This document shows, piece by piece, positions 1 through 8,200 of a stretch of 20,000 nt of DNA. The DNA is from Deltaproteobacteria bacterium (lineage in GTDB: Bacteria > Myxococcota > JACRCW01). The translations under genes and the position numbers were made by a program. Position 1 is the first letter of the stretch; every line of letters begins with the position of its first letter. The DNA lies in contig JACRCW010000064.1 of assembly GCA_016218805.1 (NCBI GenBank), forward strand, positions 44,903 through 64,902, read 5' to 3'. Below the pieces are notes generated by a model. The model saw only the letters and a list, made by a program, of their open reading frames with translations. It was not told the origin of the DNA and made no database searches.

Positions 1-85
1 CGTCAACCCGTCCCGACGAGCGCTGCCGGGCGCGGCGGATCCAAGTCTGAGCCGGCATCTGTTCCACGAATGCCACGTCCGAACT

Positions 86-312
86 GCATGCACGCTCTGC
101 GTGCATGCGTACCCGCCCCCTTTTGGGGGGCGGCCGGCGACGTCAGTCGCCGGGGGTGGGGGGCCCGCCAGCGGGTTGGTCCCACCCGGGGAAGACGGTG
201 GTAGCGGACCCCCCACCCCCCCCCCACCCCCCTCGCAGACGTCGCTGCGCTCCGTCGTCGAGGGCCGCCCCCCAAGGGGGGCGGCGTAGATGGGCTTGCC
301 TGCGGCAAGCCC
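86..312. repeat. Intergenic cluster of GC-rich palindromes (REP/REPIN-like)
   Basis: Stems read directly: GCATGCACGC-TCT-GCGTGCATGC (86-108); CCGCCCCC/GGGGGCGG (113-133); CCGGCGAC/GTCGCCGG (134-153); GGGGGTGGGGGGCCCGC (152-168) vs GCGGACCCCCCACCCCC (204-220, 1 mismatch); GCCGCCCCCC-AA-GGGGGGCGGC (264-285); GTAG-AT-GGGCTTGCC-TGC-GGCAAGCCC (286-312). Confidence 0.7.
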
Positions 313-433
313 GCGACGCGTCGTGGAGCGGGCCTCCGCTGCTCCGCGCCTCTCAGGATCGAGTCCGCCTCGCAGCCGGGAGCGCGCTCCGGCCATCGTT
401 GCGACGTGAGGCCGCGGTCGATACCGTCGGGAA

Positions 434-1315
434 ATGAGCCCGCAATCCAGCGCAGCACCGTCCACCAGCACGGCCACGGTGGCGACCGGAACCGACCGCG
501 CACCCACGGTGGCGGGAGTGGTCCGCTTTGACATGGCCGCGACGGCGCTGGCCGTCAGCGGCTGGGTGTTCCTCGGCATCACCGGCCTGCCCATTCCGTG
601 GCGGATCGAGCCGCTCGCGTTGATCGGCGGCCTGCTTGTTTCAATTCCGCTTGCGCTGCTTACAAGCGCGTTGTCGTCCGTGTTGTCCGGTCGGCGGCCG
701 CGCTTGTGGGTGGATGACGCGTCGCTGGTGCACCATGCAGTGATGCCCATGGATGTCCAGGCCAGCGTGGGGGCCATCACGGAGCGTGCGGCGCGCGCGC
801 ACCTGGTGGCCACGCGCGCGGACGCTCCGCAGGGTTGTGCCGTGCTGGAACTGCAGCATGACGCGGGCCCCGGTTACGGGTTTGTGGACACCGTCGCGTC
901 CCTGCCGGTGTCCGTGCGGGCGGAACTGACCCCGTCACCGCAGGGCACGGCGGTGCAGGTCACCGCAACATTGCGCACCACCATGGTGCTCACCACCAAC
1001 CGGCCGGAGGTCCTGGAGGGAATCGTGCGCTACCTGGCGCTTCAGGCGGCGGACCCTGTCGTGCGCACGCCGCCCATCCTGCTCCGCAGCGGCCTGGCGC
1101 TGTTTGAACTGTCGCCGTGGCTCGCGCTGGCCGGCGCGTGGTCCGGCGTTGGGGCGGACGGCGCCATTGCGTGGTGCGGTTCCTCGGCCGTCCTGACGAC
1201 GCTGGGATTGGCCATTGTTGCGGTGCAGCGCCATGCGGTGGGCGGGTGGGCGGGTGCGCTGGCATGGGTGGGATGCGCGCTGCCCGTGCTGCTGGGTTTC
1301 ATCGGCACGTTGTAG
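434..1315 (+). CDS. Hypothetical integral membrane protein (about 2 N-terminal TM helices, soluble middle domain, about 3 C-terminal TM helices)
   Basis: 293-aa ORF with GC3-rich codons. Hydrophobic stretches include ALAVSGWVFLGITGL, LALIGGLLVSIPLALL, AVLTTLGLAIVAV and WAGALAWVGCALPVLLGFIG. The exact start codon is uncertain. Confidence 0.7.
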   Translation: MSPQSSAAPSTSTATVATGTDRAPTVAGVVRFDMAATALAVSGWVFLGITGLPIPWRIEPLALIGGLLVSIPLALLTSALSSVLSGRRPRLWVDDASLVHHAVMPMDVQASVGAITERAARAHLVATRADAPQGCAVLELQHDAGPGYGFVDTVASLPVSVRAELTPSPQGTAVQVTATLRTTMVLTTNRPEVLEGIVRYLALQAADPVVRTPPILLRSGLALFELSPWLALAGAWSGVGADGAIAWCGSSAVLTTLGLAIVAVQRHAVGGWAGALAWVGCALPVLLGFIGTL

Positions 1316-1336
1316 CAGCGGGCGCATTGCGGGGGC

Positions 1337-1987
1337 TCAACGCTGCTTCTTCACAATACGCAGATGGGACACCGCCTTGGACGGCGTGAATTCCACGCAT
1401 TCATACAGGTCCTCAACGCCACCCAGACCTTCAAAGATGCGCTCGCCCTGACCCAACAGCAGTGGCACCTGCACCAGGTGCAGCTCATCCACCAGCCCCG
1501 CCTTCATGTACTGGCGCACCGTTCCCGGCCCTCCCGCCAGGCGGACGTCTGCACCCTTGGCAGCCTCCTGGGCGCGCCTCAGTGCGGACTCAATGCCGTC
1601 ATTCACAAAGGTGAACGTGGTGCCGCCCTGCATCTCAATGGGGTCCCGCTTCTGGTGGCACAGGACAAAGACAGGGTGGTGATACGGGGGATTGTCTCCC
1701 CACCAGCCCTTCCAGTTGAGGTCCCAGGGCCCGCGGTCCGGGCCAAACATGTGGCGGCCCATGATGGAAGCGCCAATGTTGTCGTCGGAATGGACCACAA
1801 AGTCGTTGTCGATTCCCTCCGCGCCGTCACCGGGCCGCCCGAACCTGGCGCTGAAGAACCTGGTGGCAAACGCCCAGTCCATGAGCCTGAGTCCGCCCCT
1901 GCCAAACGGCGCATCCAGGGACTGGTTGGGGGCGGCGCTGAAGCCGTCCAGAGACACGGCGAAACTGCGAACCACAAGTCTGCCCAC
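1337..1987 (-). CDS. Dihydrofolate reductase family protein (RibD C-terminal domain-like), 216 aa
   Basis: Family motifs SFAVSLDGF, GASIMGRHMF, WWGDNPPYHHPVFV, DVRLAGG, GLVDELHLVQVPLLLGQGERIF. Start reassigned to GTG at 1987, preceded by a GGAGG RBS; the ORF track's longer N-terminus (to 2206) looks non-coding. Confidence 0.92.
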   Translation of the reverse strand: MGRLVVRSFAVSLDGFSAAPNQSLDAPFGRGGLRLMDWAFATRFFSARFGRPGDGAEGIDNDFVVHSDDNIGASIMGRHMFGPDRGPWDLNWKGWWGDNPPYHHPVFVLCHQKRDPIEMQGGTTFTFVNDGIESALRRAQEAAKGADVRLAGGPGTVRQYMKAGLVDELHLVQVPLLLGQGERIFEGLGGVEDLYECVEFTPSKAVSHLRIVKKQR

Positions 1988-2204
1988 GGTGCCACCTCCG
2001 ACCTGGAAACCATCTCGGCACGGACCGCCCGCGCCTGCCTGCCCGGCCGCCGAAGTCCGGTCGCCGGCTTGTAGTCTTGCGCTGCATACTCTGCGCGAGA
2101 TCTGCACCCTGCGCCTCATTCCGCTTGCTTTTGGTTGTGCGGCAAAGCTAACGTCGCGCGAGCAAACAATAGACATCCGCGAAAAAAGGGCGAGGTCCTC
2201 GACC
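1988..2204. promoter_or_regulatory. Divergent promoter region between the DHFR-like gene and the Cys-rich operon
   Basis: 217-nt gap between two divergent starts, locally more AT-rich (TTGCTTTTGGTTG, AGCAAACAATAGAC, GAAAAAAGG), with a GAGG RBS at 2192-2195. No specific -35/-10 pair is claimed. Confidence 0.55.
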
Positions 2205-5200
2205 ATGCGACGACTCCTTCACCCGGTTTCTCTGATTCCGGTCCTGGCAGCGCTTCAGTTCGCCCCGTTGACGGCCAACGCGGATGCGTGCGCGCCCGGT
2301 CTCGCGGCGTACCCCGAAGGCTGCTGCAACGGGCGGGTGTGGGCCTCGTGCATCACCAACGTCGAGTACGCGCTGGATTGCTCGTCCACGACGGACCCGA
2401 ACCAGGGTTGCATCTGGGACACCGGGTTGAGCGCCTACGGGTGCGGCGACACGACGGTGAACCCGTCGGTGGACCCGTCCCTGACGTATGCGCGCGCGTG
2501 CTCGTGCACCATTGATTGCGCGGGCCGCACCTGCGGCAGCGACGGATGTGGTGGGCAGTGCGGCGTGTGCACCGGCAGCAGCTACTGCGACGGTACGCAA
2601 TGCGTCTGCTCCCCGGATTGCACCAACCGGTGGTGCGGTGACGACGGGTGCGGCGGTACCTGCGGTGACTGTACCGGGGGCCAGGTCTGCTACGACCCCG
2701 CCATTGGCTGCGAGAACTGCCAGCCCGATTGCACCGGCAAGCAGTGTGGCTCCGACGGTTGCGGCGGACAGTGCGGGCTGGGCTGCGGCGGCGGCATGGT
2801 GTGCAACGCGCAGGGCCAGTGCGACGTGTGCGTGCCGGATTGCGCCGGGAAGATCTGCGGCAGCGACGGGTGCAGCACCATGTGCGGCAACTGCCCGTCC
2901 CAGTACGACACCTGCAGCGCCGACCAGACAACGTGCATTGCATGCGTCCCGGCGTGTTCGGGCAAGCAGTGCGGCGACAACGGCTGCGGCGGCACGTGCG
3001 GGACCTGTGGGTCAACGGAGATCTGCACCGCGGCGCAGCAGTGCGTGGTGTGCACGCCTGATTGCACGGGCAAGCAGTGCGGTGACGACGGGTGTGGCGG
3101 CTCGTGCGGGACCTGCACGTCGGGCACCTGCTCGGTCAGCGGCGTGTGCGATTCCCGCTATTGCCGCGATATCCCCGCGCTGGGCTGCTGTGACGGCACC
3201 GAGCGCCTGTCCTGCAGCTACCAGTTGATCGACGTGGAGGACTGCGCGGCCACCGGCGGCATGTGCGGACTGAGCGCCAACTCGTTTGGCGTGGCGGGGT
3301 GTTTCTCTGCCGCGGAGGTGACCAGCAGCGCGCCGTGTCCCGCCCCGTGCACTCCCAACTGCACCAACAAGAACTGCGGTGACGATGGGTGCAACAACGT
3401 CTGCGGGGTGTGCGGCGCCGGTCAGTTGTGCAACGCCGCCCAGCAGTGCGAGGCGTGCGTGCCCGCGTGTTCGGGACGCGTGTGCGGGTATGACTTCTGC
3501 GGTGGCTCCTGCGGCACGTGCACGGGCGCAGGCGAGGTGTGCACCCCGGATGGCCAGTGCGTGGTGGAGGAGCGGACCTGCGCCAACGTGCCGGTGGGCG
3601 GCTGTTGCGAGGGCGGCATCTACAAGCAGTGCGACGACGGCCCGATGGCCCAGCTGCGCTGCTCGGACTTCGGCGACGTGTGCGGCAGCAATTGGTTCGG
3701 CGGCTTTGCGGGGTGCTGGCCGCAGTCACAATACGAAGGCCCCAAGCCGTGCGCCTGCATTCCCAAGTGCACCGGCAAGGAGTGCGGACCCGACGGGTGC
3801 GGCGGCGTGTGCGGCACCTGCCACGCCGGCCAGGACTGCGATGAGAACGCGCAGTGCGTCTACCCTGCGTGTCCCGATCTCCCGGATGAGCGCTGCTGCA
3901 CCGGCGAGGTGCTCTCCGGCTGCAGCCAGCGCGGTGCGCTGCCCGTCGACTGCAAGTCGCGCAACCAGTACTGCGGCTGGGATTCGGACCAGGGCGTCTA
4001 CGGCTGCGTGGACTCCCCCAACCTCACCGACCCGGCCGGCGCGCTGCGGAATTGCCCCGGCGCCCCCACGTGCACCCCGAGTTGCACCGGCCGCACCTGC
4101 GGCAGCGACGGATGCGGCGGAAGCTGTGGAACGTGCCCCACCGACCGGACCTGCGATTTCACCACCGGCACGTGCGTGGGCGAAACCATGTGTTCGTCAC
4201 TGCCGCCGGGCGGCTGCTGCTACGTCAACACGGAGTACTACAACATCGTCCAGCACCTCTCCTGCTCGTCGACGGACGACTACCCCTCGCGGCAGCACTG
4301 CGGCCTGATGCCCAACCCCAGCGGGTGGGGCTCGGTCCAGGGCATGTGCGGCTGGGCTGATGGCCGCGTGGCCTGCGTGCCCAAGACCAGCACCGCCCAG
4401 CCGCCGTCCGGCACCAACATCTACTGCCCCACGGGCACCTGCATCCCCAAGTGCGACGGCACCGACCAATGCGGTGCCGACGGCTGCGGGGGGGTGTGTG
4501 GCATCTGCCCCGCCACACACAGCTGCGTGGCCGCTGCGGACGGGACGGGCGGCCATTGCGTCGCACCGTGTTCGCCTTCATGCGCGGGACGCACATGCGG
4601 CTCTGACGGCTGCGGGGGCAGCTGCGGTGACTGCAACTACAACGAGGAGTGCAAGGAGCTTGAACTCGGCAAGAGCGCGTGCGTCTTTGTCAACCGCTGC
4701 AACGGCCTGCCTGACGAGGGCTGCTGTGACGGGCGGGACCGGGTCAGACGTTGCCACAACGGCTACCCGGTGAGTGAGGAGTGCGGCTCCCTGGTGTCAT
4801 GCGGTTGGTACGAAGGCGGCGGGAGCTACGTGTGCGGGCGCACCAACGGCGCGGCCGACCCGAGCGGAGTCCATCCCAAGACGTGCCCGGGTGGCAGTTC
4901 GGCGTGCGTGCCTCGCTGCGGGGGCAAGGAGTGTGGTGTTGACGGGTGCGGCGGCTCGTGCGGCACGTGCACGGGAGGCATGGAGTGTGACCGCGCGGGG
5001 AAGTGCCGCACACCCACGTTCACGGGCGGCAAATACGACCAGTACACTTACACGTTTTCTCCCTCGGCAGGCTGTTGTTACGACGACGGAACAATGCAGT
5101 ACGAACGCTACAACGCGGATGTCTACCTGGGGAAACAGCGCGTAGGGCAATTGCCCTGTTATTACGGCTGCGGGTTCAACGAGCAGTACCAGATGTACAT

Positions 5201-8200
5201 GTGCAACGAATACGGGAGGCCCGCGCTCCCGTCGGTGGACCCCGCCGGCAACTACCCGCGCGTGTGCCAGGCCCCAACGTGCACGCCCTCCTGCGCTGGC
5301 AAGCAGTGTGGTGACGACGGGTGCGGCGGCAGCTGCGGAAGCTGCGCCGACGGGTCACGCTGCTACGAGAACCAGTGTTACAACCTCTGCACCGAGCCCG
5401 ACCCGCGCAGTCACGAGTATTACACGGAAGAGGGGCGCTGCAGTTACGCCACGCTGTACTTCTGCGACAACGGGTTGCCGGCGGAGCTGAACTGCAACCA
5501 GGTGGGCAGCCTGTGCGGATGGAACGAGTTGCTGGGCGCTTACTCGTGCGGCACCAGCGGTGAGGCGGGACCCGCCGGTACCGAGCCGATCCAGAACCCC
5601 GACTGCGCGTTCGCGTCCGGCACCTGCGGCTTCAAGCGCGGGTGCGGCATCAACGACGGCGCCTGCCCGTCGGGGCAGAGCTGCTCGGTCCAGGGTTACG
5701 TGGAGGACTACGGGCTCGGGCATTGCGTGAACAACTCGGAGACCCAGTACACAAGCTGCAAGGCCCGTTGCTTCGGCACCCGCGTCATTGAACGTTTCAA
5801 TTACCAGTGCTCCTGCAATGAGGGCTGCGAGGTCCTCGGCGACCCTGCCTTCTCGGTCAACAACGCGGTTGAGCACGGCATCTGCTGCACGGACTACGCC
5901 TACGAATGCCAGGGTGCGCCATCCGTTCCCGCGTGCGGGGACGGGTTCTGTTTCCGCGACGCGGGCGAGTCCTGCGCCAGCTGCCCCGGCGACTGCGGCG
6001 CATGTCCCGCCGGGTCCGACACGCCGCCGTGGAACGCTCCCTACGACCGCGCCCCCCGTGCGGCGGCCGGTGGCGGCGTCAACGACCTCGCCCTGAGCCC
6101 GCTGGATGACGTGCTCCCGGTGAGCCCGCCGGTCCCCACCGACGCGCTCATGATGTACGTGCCCGCCCCCGGCATTGACCTTGGACCGCCGGGCTCCCGT
6201 ACCAACTTCCAGCCCGGCACCGACGTCATTGCCTCCACCACGGGCCGGCTGGGCCAGGCCCTGCGCTTCTTCACCCAGACGGGCCAGACCGTCACGCACG
6301 CCGGTGACCTCACCTGGCTGCCTGACGGAGCGCTCCCCCGCGTGGTCAACACGAAGACCCGCGAGAACGGCGGCATGTCCGTGGCCATGTGGATCAACGT
6401 CCCCGACGACATCGATCCTGCCGCGCTCAACCCGTTGTGGACCGGCCTCCCCGCACCGGATGCCGCCGACAACACCGAGCGGCTGTGCCTGTGGCCCCGC
6501 AAGTACAGCAGCCCCCGCCTCAAGGTGGCCTGTCCCAGGATCAATGGGCAAGAATCCAAGATCACTGACATCCGCATGTACGCCGGCGGCATCGTCGGCC
6601 TGCCCGCAGCCCCCGACGGGAACTGCCTGCGGATGAGCGACTACAAGCAGGACGCCACCTGCCAATGGAGTGGCGCGGAGGACTACGCACGAACCACCTG
6701 CCTCGGCCAGGGGAGCTGCACGCTGAAGTTCCCGGACAACGTCCCGGGCTGCGTCGCCGACTCGCCGTCGACGACCATGTACGTGGAGGCCGTCTGCAGC
6801 GCCAATCCCACGCCGCCCGAGCTGGGCGTGTCCATGCTCATCACGCCGTCGAGCATGGGTCACCAGCTCGCGCTCTCCGCGCCTGGCGCCAGCTTCGCGT
6901 CCACCAAGGAAGTCACCACGGGCGAGTGGCACCACGTGGGCTTCACGTTTCAGCCGTTTGCATCCGAGAAGAAGCGCGCCGGCGGCATTGCCACGCTCTA
7001 CCTTGACGGTGAAGCGGTCGCCTCCAACGCATCGGTCCGCTTCCCGCGCCTCCGGTCGTCCACCACCAGCGGCGTCACCACCACAGCGCTGAACCTCTTC
7101 CCGCTCGGGATGAACCCATCCCGCACGGCCACCTCGTCGCTCATTGCGGACGTGGATGAGCTGTTTGTGTACGGACGCGCCATCACCGACGGCGAGATGT
7201 CCAGCCTGGCGCGCAAGGGCACCCGCGGCCTGCGCATGGTGTGGCCTGAGAATGGTTCTGCGCACCGTTTCCGGAATGACGCCACCAGCCTCTCCCTGGT
7301 CACTGTCGACGCGCCGCACCTGCTGGACGTGGGCGCGCCGGGTGGCTCCCGGACGGTGCGGCGCGAGCAACCCGCCCTCCACGTCGGAAACGACCGTTCC
7401 CTTGAGTTTGGCAAGTCGGGCACGCATGACCTTGCGGGTCTGTCCTCCTACACGTTGATGGCGTGGGTACGGCAACCCGCCTCCGGGACCCTCCGCACGC
7501 TCATGTCCGCTGGCGAGGCCGGTACCGACGAGCGTCTGAAATTGGAGCGGGTGGATTCCACCGGCGCCTGCGGAGGGCGCGCGCTCGTTGCCACGTTCAG
7601 CGATGGCACCGTCACGCAGACCGACTGTTCCTACGGCTTTGATCCGGACCGCTGGGTCATGCTCGCCGTCACCCAGGGAGGCGGAAAGCGGAGCATCTAC
7701 GTGGACGCGGTGCTGGTTGCCGAGAGCAGCGTGTCCAATCCGGCGGCGCTGTTCGTGGGCACTGGCGGATCGCCCCGGGTGGCGTTCCGCGACGTGGACG
7801 TCTTCTGGGCGGGGCTGTTCCAGCGGGCGCTCAGCCAGCCGGACCTGGCCATCTGGCGCGGCCAGGGTCCCCTCATGTGGACGGACGGCGCGAAGTACAC
7901 CGCCGGCGGCGCCGGCAAGGTGCGTGACTACGCGCTCTACCAGGAGCGGGGCGTCACCACCCAGCGACCGACGCTGTGGCAGGGGAACACGCCGCTGGCG
8001 TCCGCCAGTGGCGCCGGCCCGCTCGCGCTCGACCGCGCGACGACGCAGGAACTGACCATTCCGGCGAGCGTACACTTTGCCCGGCCCGAGGGCAGCACCA
8101 CCGACGACGCCCCGCGCATCTTCTCCTACGCCGCGCGCGTGGTGATGAACGGCGACGGCACCTACCCACTGGTTGACCGCCAGGTGGCATCCGGGGGGCA

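Noticed and set aside
3..503. Short ORFs over the hairpin region (3-503, 101-289, 105-437)
   Set aside because: They are low-complexity translations of palindromic G/C tracts with no coding signal.
2060..2082. Sigma-54-like GG...TTGC site upstream of the operon
   Set aside because: The spacing between GG and GC is 11 nt rather than the required 10.
1692..2204. N-terminal 171-aa extension of the giant ORF in the ORF track
   Set aside because: It overlaps the antisense DHFR-like gene and the divergent promoter. The RBS and signal peptide support ATG 2205.
3810..3824. CxxCH (CGTCH) heme-binding motif
   Set aside because: It is a single occurrence in which the Cys residues belong to the standard repeat; chance in a Cys-rich protein.
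2505..5345. Recurring DNA motif TGCGGCxxCGACGGxTGCGGCGG resembling a CRISPR or other spaced-repeat array
   Set aside because: Copies vary at synonymous positions, stay in frame and are irregularly spaced, so they are protein-coding repeats. No cas genes are present.
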